54,520 nucleotides of DNA from an uncultured Bacilli bacterium (GTDB taxonomy: Bacteria > Bacillota_I > Bacilli_A > RF39 > UBA660). Within the stretch, counting starts at the first letter, position 1; each line of letters starts with the position of its first letter. The stretch spans positions 1 through 54,520 of the forward strand of contig CALVRJ010000004.1 in NCBI GenBank assembly GCA_944358545.1, in the 5' to 3' direction. Shown one piece after another: positions 19,550 to 29,919 of the stretch. Both the position numbers and the translations under genes were made by a program. The notes beneath the pieces were generated by a model that did no database searches, was not told the DNA's origin, and was given only the letters and a program-made list of their open reading frames with translations.

Positions 19550-21331
19550 ATGTCAGTAATTAAAGTTATGGATGAACTTCTTGCTAATAAGATTGCAGCT
19601 GGAGAAGTTGTTGAAAGATGTGCTTCTGTAGTTAAGGAACTTGTTGAAAATAGTATTGATGCGGGTTCAACAGAGATTAAGGTAGAACTTGAAGATGCCG
19701 GGACAAGGGAAATTAGGGTAACTGATAATGGCAAGGGTATGGATGAAACTGATGCAATTTTAGCTTTTTCAAGACACGCAACCAGTAAGATAAAAGATGA
19801 GGATGATTTATTTAGATTACAAACTTTAGGTTTTAGAGGTGAGGCTTTGGCGTCTATTGCAGCTGTTAGTAAGGTTGATTTAAAGACTAGTATGGGAGAA
19901 ATTGGAACTCATGTGGTTATAAATGGTGGTAAGATTTTGGTGGTTGAAAAAGGCGATGCGAGACGAGGAACAATTATGACAGTTAGTGAACTTTTTTATA
20001 ATACTCCCGCAAGACTTAAACACATGAAGAGTTTATATACGGAACTTGCTAGTATTACGGATTATCTGAATAAGCTTGCTTTATCAAGACCAGACATTAG
20101 ATTTGTTTTAAAAAATAACGATAATTTAATTTTAAGAACTGATGGGTCTGGAAATTTACTTAAAGTAATTCAAAGTATTTATGGAAATGATGTAGCGAGA
20201 AGAATGATTCCAATTAAAAACGAAAATGCTGATTATATTATAACTGGTTATATTTCACTACCGGAAATTCATAGGTCAAGTAGAAATAATATGGTTACCA
20301 TTGTTAATGGAAGAGTTGTGCGAAATCAAGAGATAAATAGGGATATAAACGATGCTTATCATTCATATAAGCCCGATAATCGATATCCAATTACGGTTAT
20401 TAATATTTTGGTTGATCCTAGTGTGATAGATGTAAATATTCATCCGACAAAGATGGATATTAAGTTTAGTAAGATGGATAGTTTACTTTCTTTAATTCGG
20501 GATACGGTTGTTTCGGCAATAACTGGTAGGACTTTAATACCAGAGGTTCGAAAAGAGGATCCGATTAAACCAAGGTATGAAAATATGATGTTTAATTTGG
20601 AACGTCATGGGTCAAAGGTTGTACAGCCAGAACATATAGATTTACCTGATGAAAAAATTTTAACTAATAGTTTTGAAGAGGTAAAAAGTGAGATTAGAGA
20701 GCGTGAAGAGTACGAAGCAACTAAGAGTGAACTTATGCCAGAAATGTGGCCAGTTGGTTTAGTACATGGAACGTATATTGTCGCACAAAATGAAAAAGGA
20801 ATGTATTTAATCGATGAACATGCGGCTAAGGAAAGGTGTAATTACGAAAGGTTTAAAAAGATGATGGGTAATCCAAAACTTGCTAGTACGCCACTTTTAT
20901 TTCCAATTACGATTGAGCTTTCTAACGAAGAGTTTATGGTTTTGAAGGAAAATATGGATATTTTGCGAGAACTTAAATTCGATATCGAAGAGTTTGGAGT
21001 TAATTCAGTTATTATTAAAGAACATCCGGCTTGGATTCCTAATGATATGGTAGAGGAAGATATAAGAAGAATAATTGAAATTGTAATTCATACACAAAAA
21101 AAATTTGATATTGAAAAGTTTAACGAAAGTGTGGCAATTATGATGAGTTGTAAACATGCGATTAGAGCTAATACAAATATTACTTTAGATGATATGGAAG
21201 CTTTAATTGAAGATTTAAGAAAATGTAAAAATCCATTTAATTGTCCACACGGAAGACCTTCAACGATATTTTATTCTAATTACGATTTGGAGAAGTTATT
21301 TAAAAGAAGTGGATTTGACACTAAAAAATAA
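19550..21331 (+). CDS. mutL: DNA mismatch repair endonuclease MutL
   Basis: NKIAAGEVVER, GFRGEALAS, DVNIHPTK, DEHAAKER, SCK, CPHGRP. Confidence 0.98.
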   Translation: MSVIKVMDELLANKIAAGEVVERCASVVKELVENSIDAGSTEIKVELEDAGTREIRVTDNGKGMDETDAILAFSRHATSKIKDEDDLFRLQTLGFRGEALASIAAVSKVDLKTSMGEIGTHVVINGGKILVVEKGDARRGTIMTVSELFYNTPARLKHMKSLYTELASITDYLNKLALSRPDIRFVLKNNDNLILRTDGSGNLLKVIQSIYGNDVARRMIPIKNENADYIITGYISLPEIHRSSRNNMVTIVNGRVVRNQEINRDINDAYHSYKPDNRYPITVINILVDPSVIDVNIHPTKMDIKFSKMDSLLSLIRDTVVSAITGRTLIPEVRKEDPIKPRYENMMFNLERHGSKVVQPEHIDLPDEKILTNSFEEVKSEIREREEYEATKSELMPEMWPVGLVHGTYIVAQNEKGMYLIDEHAAKERCNYERFKKMMGNPKLASTPLLFPITIELSNEEFMVLKENMDILRELKFDIEEFGVNSVIIKEHPAWIPNDMVEEDIRRIIEIVIHTQKKFDIEKFNESVAIMMSCKHAIRANTNITLDDMEALIEDLRKCKNPFNCPHGRPSTIFYSNYDLEKLFKRSGFDTKK

Positions 21332-21401
21332 GACTTTTAGCTTAAGTCTTTTATTTTTAATTTATAGATGTTATAATTTTTTTAGAAAGAACGTGAAGAG
21401 A

Positions 21402-22514
21402 ATGACTTATTTAGATTATAGTGCGACAACACCAGTATTAGATGAGGTTATGGATAGTTTTGTCAAGGCTTCAAAGTATATTGGAAATCCTAATTCACTT
21501 CATAAACTTGGAAGAGAAGCTAATGCTTTAATCGAGGCAGCTACTAGGCAGATTGCTTCGTTACTTAAGGTGGATAAGGATGAGATTATATATACTTCAG
21601 GAGCGAGTGAGGCTAATAATACGGTTATTAAAGCGATGGGGGATTATAAAAATAGGGGGTGCGAAATTATTACGACAGAACTTGAACATTCTTCTATTTA
21701 TGCACCACTAAAGTATATGGAAGCTAAAGGGTTTATCATTAAATATGTTCCTTTAGTAGATGGGATTGTTTCTCTTTCGAAACTTGAAGAGATGATAAGC
21801 GAGAATACGGTTTTGGTAACGATTAGTATGGTTAACAGTGAAACTGGGGTTAGGCAACCAATTGAGGAGATTGGTAAAATGCTTAGGAAGTATCCAAAGG
21901 TAATGTTTCACAGTGATATTACTCAGGCTTTGGGAAAAATCCCTTTTTCTTTAGAAAATGTCGATTTTGCTTCTTTTTCAGCGCATAAGTTTTTTGGAAT
22001 TAAAGGTATAGGCGGGCTTATAAAAAAGAAGAACATAAAAATCGAGCCACTTATTGGCGGAGGTAAAAGCACGACGATTTACCGAAGTGGAACACCACCT
22101 ACAGCTTTGATTGTTTCAATGGCTAAGGCTCTTAGGCTTAGTTATGAGAATATGGATGAGGATATTTTAAGAATAAGGAAATTAAATAATAAGGTTAAAG
22201 ATGAATTCAGTAAGTATGAGGGTGTTTATATAAATAGTAATAATAACTCGATTCCACATATTTTGAATATAAGTATTTTGAAATCGAAACCAGAGACATT
22301 TATGCATAGTTTAGAGGAAGATGAAGTGTATGTTTCAACAAAGAGTGCTTGTTCAAGTAACGATATTTCAAGAGCGGTTAAAGCAGTTACTTTAGATGAT
22401 AAAAAGGCTTATCACAGTATTAGAATAAGCATTTCAAGGATTACAACGGAAGAGGATATCGATAATTTTTTAAAGGCGTTTGATAAAAGTTATAGAAAGT
22501 TGGGAAGTTTATGA
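21402..22514 (+). CDS. Cysteine desulfurase (IscS/NifZ type)
   Basis: YLDYSATT, SFSAHKF, RSGT, STKSACSS; start moved to ATG 21402. Confidence 0.93.
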   Translation: MTYLDYSATTPVLDEVMDSFVKASKYIGNPNSLHKLGREANALIEAATRQIASLLKVDKDEIIYTSGASEANNTVIKAMGDYKNRGCEIITTELEHSSIYAPLKYMEAKGFIIKYVPLVDGIVSLSKLEEMISENTVLVTISMVNSETGVRQPIEEIGKMLRKYPKVMFHSDITQALGKIPFSLENVDFASFSAHKFFGIKGIGGLIKKKNIKIEPLIGGGKSTTIYRSGTPPTALIVSMAKALRLSYENMDEDILRIRKLNNKVKDEFSKYEGVYINSNNNSIPHILNISILKSKPETFMHSLEEDEVYVSTKSACSSNDISRAVKAVTLDDKKAYHSIRISISRITTEEDIDNFLKAFDKSYRKLGSL

Positions 22515-23650
22515 AAAAAATATTTTTAAGTTTGTTTTTGTTCTTACTTATTCCTTTGGGAGCAAAAGCAGAGGTTGTAGTTAATTTATTTTACGGTGAT
22601 ACTTGTGCGTTTTGTCATCAAGAGAGAATATATTTAGATTCGCTCGAGAGACAATTTGGAGATAATATTATAGTTAGAGAATATGAGGTTTGGAACAACA
22701 AGGAAAATAATGATTTGATGATGGATGTTAAGGATAACTTTGATGATAAAGGTGATGGAGTTCCTTATACGGTAATTGGAAATAAGACATATACTGGTAT
22801 TAGTGAAGAAATTAAAGATAGTATAAGAACAGATATTCTAGATGGCATAAAGTATCCAAAGTTAGATGCAGTTGAATATATAAAAAGTGGTAAAGAGGTT
22901 CCTACAAATTTATTAATCGATGGTGATAGAATGCTTTCTTTGCCAGTTATGGGGGAAGTTAATTTAGATAAAGATAGTTCGACAATACTTTCGTTTGTAA
23001 TGGGTGTTTTAGATGCGTTTAATCCTTGTTCGATTTGGATTTTTGTGGTTTTAACCGGACTACTTTTAGCTATTTATGATAAGAAGAAGAGAACAAAACT
23101 AGGTCTTACTTTTGTAACGGTGGCTTCTTTAGTTTACTTTATATTTATGCTGACGAATGTAAATATGGTAATTAGTGAAGTTCCTTTAATGGTTTTAAGA
23201 CTTGGGGTTAGTATTGCGTTGATTGTCGTGGGTGCTTTATTTATCGATTCTTTTATAAAATTTGAAAAGAAAGATAAAAGTTATTTAGGAAAGTTACAAG
23301 CTTTGATGGATAAAAGAGAGATGCCAATATTTATCGTGATTATGGCGGCTCTTTCAATGGTTGTAAGTACAGTACAGATTGCTGGTTCTGGGGGAATGCC
23401 AGTTTTATTCGAGATAGCTATGGATGTAAATGAGATTAGCGGTTTTACTTATGGTCTTAGAATATTTAATTATATTTTAAGTTTCTTCCTTGTTAATTTG
23501 GCTATGCTATTTATTATTACAAAGCTTATAGATAGGCTTGTAATGAATACGACGTTAAGATCTTATTCAAGGCTTATTGGGGGAATTTTAATTCTTTTAG
23601 CGGTCGCATTTTTGATATTTTTCCCAGAAGTTCTTAGATTTGTTTCATAA
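22511..23650 (+). CDS. Thioredoxin/glutaredoxin-like domain fused to a CcdA/DsbD-like membrane domain
   Basis: Signal peptide, CAFC, GVPYTVIG, then DAFNPCSIW and about six TM helices. Confidence 0.75.
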   Translation: MKKIFLSLFLFLLIPLGAKAEVVVNLFYGDTCAFCHQERIYLDSLERQFGDNIIVREYEVWNNKENNDLMMDVKDNFDDKGDGVPYTVIGNKTYTGISEEIKDSIRTDILDGIKYPKLDAVEYIKSGKEVPTNLLIDGDRMLSLPVMGEVNLDKDSSTILSFVMGVLDAFNPCSIWIFVVLTGLLLAIYDKKKRTKLGLTFVTVASLVYFIFMLTNVNMVISEVPLMVLRLGVSIALIVVGALFIDSFIKFEKKDKSYLGKLQALMDKREMPIFIVIMAALSMVVSTVQIAGSGGMPVLFEIAMDVNEISGFTYGLRIFNYILSFFLVNLAMLFIITKLIDRLVMNTTLRSYSRLIGGILILLAVAFLIFFPEVLRFVS

Positions 23651-23721
23651 AGGTGGGTTATTCCATCTTTTTATTTGTTTTTTTATGTTTTTAAGGTATA
23701 ATATTTATTGGTGATAGAAAT

Positions 23722-25029
23722 ATGTTTGAAAATTTAGGAGATAGATTACAAAGTGCGCTTAATAAAATAAAAGGTTATGGAAAGATAACTGAGGATAATA
23801 TAAGCGATGTCACGAGAGAAATTAGACTTGCTTTACTTGAAGCGGATGTTAATTATAAGGTTGTTAAGGAATTTATAAATAATGTCAAAGAGAAGGCTTT
23901 AGGTGAAGAGGTTAAGAAGAGTTTAAAACCGGGAGAGGTTTTTGTTAAGATTGTTAAGGATGAGCTTGTAGATTTACTTGGTAAGGAAGATGAGCCACTT
24001 ATTGTGGTTAAGCCAATGACGATTTTAATGATGGCAGGTCTTCAAGGTAGTGGTAAAACGACAACAACTGGAAAATTAGCTTTGCTTTTAAGAAAAAAAT
24101 ATGGTCTTAAGCCTTTAATGGTTGCTTGTGATGTTTATCGTCCAGCGGCTATTAATCAACTTGAACAATTAGGAAAAGAGCTTAATATACCAGTTTATAG
24201 TGAAGGTCAGGGAAATCCGGTGGAGATTGCCAAAAACGGTGTAGAGTACGCGAAGGAAAATGGATACAATTATGTTTTAATCGATACGGCTGGTAGACTT
24301 CATATAGATGATGATTTGATGGAAGAACTTCAAAAGATTAATGAAGAGGTTAAACCTAATGAAATTTTGCTTGTTATCGATAGTATGATGGGTCAAGATG
24401 CGATTAATGTCATTGAAGGTTTTAATGAAAGGTTACCTCTTACTGGGGCAGTTTTGACAAAACTCGATGGTGATACGAAAGGTGGTGCAGCTTTATCAAT
24501 TAGGCATTTGACAAATATTCCAATTAAGTTTGTCGGTGTTTCTGAAAAGATGGACGGTTTAGAAGCTTTTCATCCGGAACGCATGGCCAATAGAATTCTC
24601 GATATGGGTGATTTAATGGGAATGATTGAAAAGGCCGAGGATGTGTTTGATGAGGAAGAGACTTTAAAAGCAGCTAAGAAGCTACAAAAAGGTAAGTTTG
24701 ATTTGGAGGATTTTTTGACGCAACTTAACCAAATTAAAAAGCTTGGACCACTGGAGAATTTAATTAAGTTATTGCCAGGGGCCAAAAAGATGGGGCTTAA
24801 CAATGTGAGTATCGATCCAAAGCAAATGGCACATATTGAAGCAATTATTTTATCGATGACACCAGCCGAGAGAAGAAATCCAGATATTTTAAAAGCTAGT
24901 AGGAAAAGAAGGATTGCGGCTGGATGTGGCAGAAGTGTCGAAGAAGTAAATAGATTACTTAAGCAATTTGAACAAATGAAGTTGATGATTAAGCAGATGA
25001 AAAACGGTAATTTGAAGATGCCTTTTTAG
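23722..25029 (+). CDS. ffh: Signal recognition particle protein
   Basis: GLQGSGKTT, DTAGR, TKLDGD, M-domain SMTPAER. Confidence 0.99.
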   Translation: MFENLGDRLQSALNKIKGYGKITEDNISDVTREIRLALLEADVNYKVVKEFINNVKEKALGEEVKKSLKPGEVFVKIVKDELVDLLGKEDEPLIVVKPMTILMMAGLQGSGKTTTTGKLALLLRKKYGLKPLMVACDVYRPAAINQLEQLGKELNIPVYSEGQGNPVEIAKNGVEYAKENGYNYVLIDTAGRLHIDDDLMEELQKINEEVKPNEILLVIDSMMGQDAINVIEGFNERLPLTGAVLTKLDGDTKGGAALSIRHLTNIPIKFVGVSEKMDGLEAFHPERMANRILDMGDLMGMIEKAEDVFDEEETLKAAKKLQKGKFDLEDFLTQLNQIKKLGPLENLIKLLPGAKKMGLNNVSIDPKQMAHIEAIILSMTPAERRNPDILKASRKRRIAAGCGRSVEEVNRLLKQFEQMKLMIKQMKNGNLKMPF

Positions 25030-25042
25030 GAGATGATAATGG

Positions 25043-25813
25043 ATGAATATAGATGAGATGTTAAAGGATAATGTGGCAAATGGCCGAAGGTTTTGTTTTT
25101 TGTCAGAAGTAACTGGAACAGATGGAAATGATTTACTTTTTAATGGATTTGTTCATGGGAAAGTTAAGGTTAATGATGCTATTTATATAATGAAGCAAGA
25201 TGAGCCAATTATGGTGGCAACTATTGGTGACTTAAAGGTAGATGACAAATCTTTAGAAGAGGTTTGTGATAAAAGATGTGAAATTAGAATTAAGGATATT
25301 AAAGATAAGGTTAAAACTGATGGTTTTATCGTGATTACTAGTATTAGACCACAAAGAGAGGTGAAACTCGATGTAACTGTGGAAAATCCTTTTTTACTTG
25401 GGCTTTCTTACGGTTTTCAAAGGTTTGGAAATGATATGAATTATTTAGTAGCTTTAATAAAGGAACTTACTAAGGCTAATTATTTAGTACCAGTTATTTT
25501 GGCTTCAGTGCCAGAGGGAATAAAAGATGGAAAGATGCCAGAGGGAACGGTATTTTCTGTGCCATCATTTTTAAATCCAAGTGATAAGAGTAAAAGTTTG
25601 CTTCCGGTTTTTACCGATTTTGAAGAGGTTCGGTCTTGGAAGAATGATGTTTGGCAAAAGCAAAAGACAACTATTGTAACAAACTTTAAGGATACGGCAG
25701 ATTTATCTAAGAAAAACGACAATGGAATGGTTATTAATCCATTTGGAGAAAATCCAATTATTTTAACAACTGAAATGATAGATGGTATTTTAAATAATGG
25801 AAAGAAAGATTAA
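25043..25813 (+). CDS. SseB-family protein with N-terminal beta-barrel
   Basis: ANYLVPV, LPVFTDFEE, GMVINPFG. Confidence 0.75.
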   Translation: MNIDEMLKDNVANGRRFCFLSEVTGTDGNDLLFNGFVHGKVKVNDAIYIMKQDEPIMVATIGDLKVDDKSLEEVCDKRCEIRIKDIKDKVKTDGFIVITSIRPQREVKLDVTVENPFLLGLSYGFQRFGNDMNYLVALIKELTKANYLVPVILASVPEGIKDGKMPEGTVFSVPSFLNPSDKSKSLLPVFTDFEEVRSWKNDVWQKQKTTIVTNFKDTADLSKKNDNGMVINPFGENPIILTTEMIDGILNNGKKD

Positions 25814-25851
25814 ACTAAGGTTTAATTTTTTTTTATGAAAAATAATGACTT

Positions 25852-26127
25852 TTAGAAGCCATTATTCATGAATTTACAACAACTGCCTGGGTCATTATTG
25901 ATTATTTGATTTTCTTCAGTAGTGGTGTATGCAGGAGTGTATGTATGATTGTAGATATGTTTGTTAATTACGTGAGTATTAATTGGACAGATATGTTTTA
26001 CTTCGTGACAAAATTCTCTTTCGACACATTTATTGATTACTGGTTCGATTATTGGGCAATTTGGTTCTTCATTACAGCCACACCCCATGTTTGGATTTAC
26101 TGGCATTCCAAAATTTCTTTTAAACAT
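25852..26127 (-). CDS. CotD-like spore coat protein
   Basis: Cys/His-rich PIIEP..KCVEREFCHEVKHICPINTHVINKHIYNH; AGGGGG RBS. Confidence 0.75.
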   Translation of the reverse strand: MFKRNFGMPVNPNMGCGCNEEPNCPIIEPVINKCVEREFCHEVKHICPINTHVINKHIYNHTYTPAYTTTEENQIINNDPGSCCKFMNNGF

Positions 26128-26261
26128 TATTTTTCCCCCTTGTCTAATTTATGATATGTAGGTTTTAAACCTTTGATTATGTCAAATGTTTATAAGACGC
26201 TTTATTTATAATATTAGGTGTGATAAAATATAAATAAAAATTAGAAGGGATTTGGTTAAAT

Positions 26262-26543
26262 ATGAAGTATAAAGTGATACCTAAAAGTGGTATGGCTATT
26301 TTGAAAAAAAATAGTAGAATACATGCGATTATTGGAGAGAATGTATTATTTAAACAAGCTAATGAATATATCGATAGCCATTATAAGTTTGAATTTCTTG
26401 AAATTTCAAAGCCTCGGGATAAGCATTTAGAAACAGATGTTCTTGGGAATCGGATTTTTTTGGACAAAGATGATTCAGGAGAGTATAAAATAAGTGGAGA
26501 TATAGTAAATAAAATTAAAGTTATTAGATTTAATGACATGTAA
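26262..26543 (+). CDS. Hypothetical protein
   Basis: 93-aa ORF with upstream GAAGGG; no recognised motif. Confidence 0.55.
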   Translation: MKYKVIPKSGMAILKKNSRIHAIIGENVLFKQANEYIDSHYKFEFLEISKPRDKHLETDVLGNRIFLDKDDSGEYKISGDIVNKIKVIRFNDM

Positions 26544-26560
26544 AAAAGATAACGCTTTGG

Positions 26561-26926
26561 TTATCTTTTAATTTTATTAAATATTTCTTCTGGCTTAAGT
26601 TTAGTTTGTTTTTCTTTATATTGTGGTTTTAAATGAAGATGAAAATGTTTTACTTCTTGATATAAACCATTATTTTGAACTAAGGTTAAACCATCAGTAT
26701 TTAATTTTTCTCTTAATGTTTGGTCTAGCTTTCTGGCAACATCCATGATGTGGATTAATGTTTCATTATCAATATCAAATAAATCTTTATAATGTTTTTT
26801 TGGAACGATTAAGGTATGTCCATTAACATCTGGGTTTGTGTCTAAGAAAGCTTTAACAACATCGTCTTCATAAACTGTATATGAAGGAATTTCTCCTTTT
26901 ACTATTTTACAAAATATGCAATCCAT
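26561..26926 (-). CDS. HIT family hydrolase
   Basis: CIFCKI, GHTLIVPKKH, HFHLH. Confidence 0.95.
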   Translation of the reverse strand: MDCIFCKIVKGEIPSYTVYEDDVVKAFLDTNPDVNGHTLIVPKKHYKDLFDIDNETLIHIMDVARKLDQTLREKLNTDGLTLVQNNGLYQEVKHFHLHLKPQYKEKQTKLKPEEIFNKIKR

Positions 26927-27094
26927 AATTTCACCTCATTTTCAGTATACCACAAAAAGAAAAGAAATTATTCTTTTCACGTGAATATCTGCGAATATTC
27001 TATTTTTATATTGGTAAAATAGGTTATTTTTTATACAAAAAGGTAGGAAAAATATATAAAAAATGTTAAAATATAGCTGGAAGGTGAAATTTAT

Positions 27095-27847
27095 ATGCAA
27101 AATATTTTAAAGATAGAAAATCTAACAGTTAAAGTTGGATATAAAGAAATTTTGAAGGATTTTAATTTAGAGATTAAGTCTGGAGAAATTCATGCGATTA
27201 TGGGGCCTAATGGGACTGGTAAGAGTACCCTTACTAAGGTTATTATGGGAGACCCTAATTATAAAATTATTAAAGGAAGTATTTATTATAATGATAAACT
27301 TCTTAATGATATGCCGGTTAACGAAAGAGCTAATTTAGGTATTTTCTTAGGTATGCAGATGCCAATGGCTATTGAGGGTGTTAGTAATGCGGATTTCTTA
27401 AGAAGTGCTTTAAGAAGCAGGGAAGGTAATGATTTTAAACTTTTACCTTTTATTAAAGAACTTGATAAAACGGTTGACAAGTTACATATGGATCCGGAAA
27501 TGATACATAGAGGAGTTAACGATGGATTTTCTGGTGGTGAAAGAAAGAAAAATGAAATTTTACAGATGAATATTTTGAAACCAGATGTCGTTATGTTAGA
27601 TGAAATTGATTCAGGACTTGATGTCGACAGTTTAAAATTAGTTGGTGAGAGTGTCATGGATTATTATAAAGAGAAGAAACCAGCAATTTTACTTGTTACT
27701 CATTATCATAGACTTCTCGATTATATTAAGCCAGATTTTGTTCATATTATGCGAGATGGAAAAATCGTTAAGAGTGGAGATGCTAATCTTGCTTACCGAA
27801 TTGAAAAGGAAGGCTATGATAAAGTAGTTGGTGAGGCAGATGAATAA
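27095..27847 (+). CDS. sufC: Fe-S cluster assembly ATPase SufC
   Basis: MGPNGTGKST, GFSGGERKKNEILQ, LDEIDSGLDVD. Confidence 0.97.
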   Translation: MQNILKIENLTVKVGYKEILKDFNLEIKSGEIHAIMGPNGTGKSTLTKVIMGDPNYKIIKGSIYYNDKLLNDMPVNERANLGIFLGMQMPMAIEGVSNADFLRSALRSREGNDFKLLPFIKELDKTVDKLHMDPEMIHRGVNDGFSGGERKKNEILQMNILKPDVVMLDEIDSGLDVDSLKLVGESVMDYYKEKKPAILLVTHYHRLLDYIKPDFVHIMRDGKIVKSGDANLAYRIEKEGYDKVVGEADE

Positions 27848-28628
27848 AATAATTTTCGATGGTGATAAAACTCGGTTAGTAGAAACTGACGGAAATATTA
27901 GTTTTGAATTAGTTAAACGCGATAATGCTTTAGATGTATACGATATTAAAATTGTAATCGAAGATGATACGGATATTTTAGTCGAATGTCATAGTGATTT
28001 TAAGGCTTCAGTGGAAATTGATGTTTTGAAAGAGGTGAAGGCTAATTTATACGAGTTTAAAACGGATGGTGATTATAAGTTTCAATATAAGTATAATTTA
28101 GAAAAAAAGGCTGATTTGCGGGTTGAGAAAGTTTACGATGTAAAAACAGCTAATGAGATGACGATTATCGATTTAAATGGTGATGAGGCAAAGTTAAATT
28201 ATTTCTTTAAAACTGTAAGTACAGATAAAGAAAAATACAGTTTTTTAGTTCATCATAATGGTAAAAAATCAATAAGTAACATAATAAATAATGGAGTCAA
28301 TATTTTAAACGGGTCTTTGGAGTTTAATGTTTCTGGTTTTGTCAATAGAGGAGTTATCGGATGTGACGTTAATCAAAATAATAGAATAATAAATTTAACG
28401 AGAAATAAATGTGTTATAGAGCCTAATTTGTTTATTGATGAATATGATGTTGTGGCTAATCATGCGGCACATATTGGAACGTTTTCATTCGATGAAATTT
28501 TCTATTTGATGAGTAGAGGTATTCCAGAGGAAGATGCGGAGAATTTACTGACTAAAGGTTTTTTACTTAAAGATATTACAAAATATAAAGAGGAACTTAG
28601 TGAGGTTATAAATAAGTATTGGAGGTGA
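27840..28628 (+). CDS. sufD: SufD-family protein (short)
   Basis: PNLFIDEYDVVANHAAHIG, FYLMSRGI; located between sufC and sufS. Confidence 0.88.
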   Translation: MNKIIFDGDKTRLVETDGNISFELVKRDNALDVYDIKIVIEDDTDILVECHSDFKASVEIDVLKEVKANLYEFKTDGDYKFQYKYNLEKKADLRVEKVYDVKTANEMTIIDLNGDEAKLNYFFKTVSTDKEKYSFLVHHNGKKSISNIINNGVNILNGSLEFNVSGFVNRGVIGCDVNQNNRIINLTRNKCVIEPNLFIDEYDVVANHAAHIGTFSFDEIFYLMSRGIPEEDAENLLTKGFLLKDITKYKEELSEVINKYWR

Positions 28629-28633
28629 TGATT

Positions 28634-29827
28634 ATGCACCGCGAGGATTTTAATGTTTTAGGAACAGGAGTTATTTATTTTGATAATGGAGCGACGACAT
28701 TAAAACCGAAGATTTTAGCCGAAGCAATCAGCGATTATTATAATAATTACAGTAGTAATGCTCATAGAGGCGATTACCAAATGAGTATTAAGGCAAGTTC
28801 GATGTATGAAAGGACTCGTGAACTTACGAGAAGACTTTTAAACGCGGATAATGCTAGTGAAATTGCGTTTACTAGTGGTTCAACTGATTCAATTAACAAG
28901 ATTGTTTTTGGCTATTTCAGGTATCATTTGAAAAAAGGTGATGAGGTTTTACTTACTAAGAGTGAACATGCATCAACTTTACTTCCGTGGTTTGAACTGG
29001 CTGATGAGTTAGGGCTTTCTATTAAATATATAGATCTTGATGATAATCATGAAGTAACTATAGATAATGTTAAAAGAGCGATTACTTCTAAGACTCGGGT
29101 TATTTCTATTGCTCACGTCAGTAATGTAATGGGGGATATTAGACCTATTAAGGAGATAAATAAAATAGCCCATGAAAAGGGAATTTTAGTTCTAGTTGAT
29201 GGGGCTCAAAGTGTGCCACATATGAAGATAGATGTTAAGGATTTAGATATTGATTTCTTAGCTTTTTCCGCTCATAAGATGTGTGGTCCAACTGGAGTTG
29301 GAGTTTTGTATGGTAAAAGTGAGCTTTTAAAAGAATTTCGGCCAATTATTTTTGGCGGAGGCATGAATGCGGATTTTAGTACAGATGGGACGAGAATCTA
29401 TAAAGAGATGCCAGATAAGCTTGAGGCTGGTACACCAAATGTTGCCGGGGTAATAGGCTTTGGCTTTGTGATTAAATATTTAATGAATATCGGTTTTGAT
29501 AAGATTCATGAATATGAAAAAGAGCTAAAAAAATATGCGGTTTCAAAATTAAAAGAAAATCCTAATATTACCATTTATAATGAAAACAGCGAATCGGCAG
29601 TTATTGCTTTTAACTATGAGGGTATTTTCCCACAGGATGTAGCAATTTATCTCGATAAATACAATATATGTATTAGGGCTGGTAATCACTGTGCGAAGAT
29701 ATTAAAGGATGAGATTCATAAAAAGAATACGTGTAGAGCTAGTTTATATTTTTATAATACTAAAGAGGAGATTGATAAGCTTGTAGATGCACTTGCCAAT
29801 CCTAATATAAAAAACGAGATTATTTAA
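28634..29827 (+). CDS. sufS: SufS-type cysteine desulfurase
   Basis: YFDNGATTLKP, NAHRG, DGAQS, FSAHKMCGPTG, RAGNHCA. Confidence 0.93.
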   Translation: MHREDFNVLGTGVIYFDNGATTLKPKILAEAISDYYNNYSSNAHRGDYQMSIKASSMYERTRELTRRLLNADNASEIAFTSGSTDSINKIVFGYFRYHLKKGDEVLLTKSEHASTLLPWFELADELGLSIKYIDLDDNHEVTIDNVKRAITSKTRVISIAHVSNVMGDIRPIKEINKIAHEKGILVLVDGAQSVPHMKIDVKDLDIDFLAFSAHKMCGPTGVGVLYGKSELLKEFRPIIFGGGMNADFSTDGTRIYKEMPDKLEAGTPNVAGVIGFGFVIKYLMNIGFDKIHEYEKELKKYAVSKLKENPNITIYNENSESAVIAFNYEGIFPQDVAIYLDKYNICIRAGNHCAKILKDEIHKKNTCRASLYFYNTKEEIDKLVDALANPNIKNEII

Positions 29828-29919
29828 ATTTCGTTTTTTATAATTATGGATAATTTTTATATTGTATGTTATTATTTATGTAATATTAATTAAAATATTT
29901 TATGATGGGAGAGTTATAT

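Noticed and set aside
21309-21401. N-terminal extension of the cysteine desulfurase
   Set aside because: This region holds a hairpin and a TGtTATAAT promoter element; family similarity starts at MTYLDY (21402).
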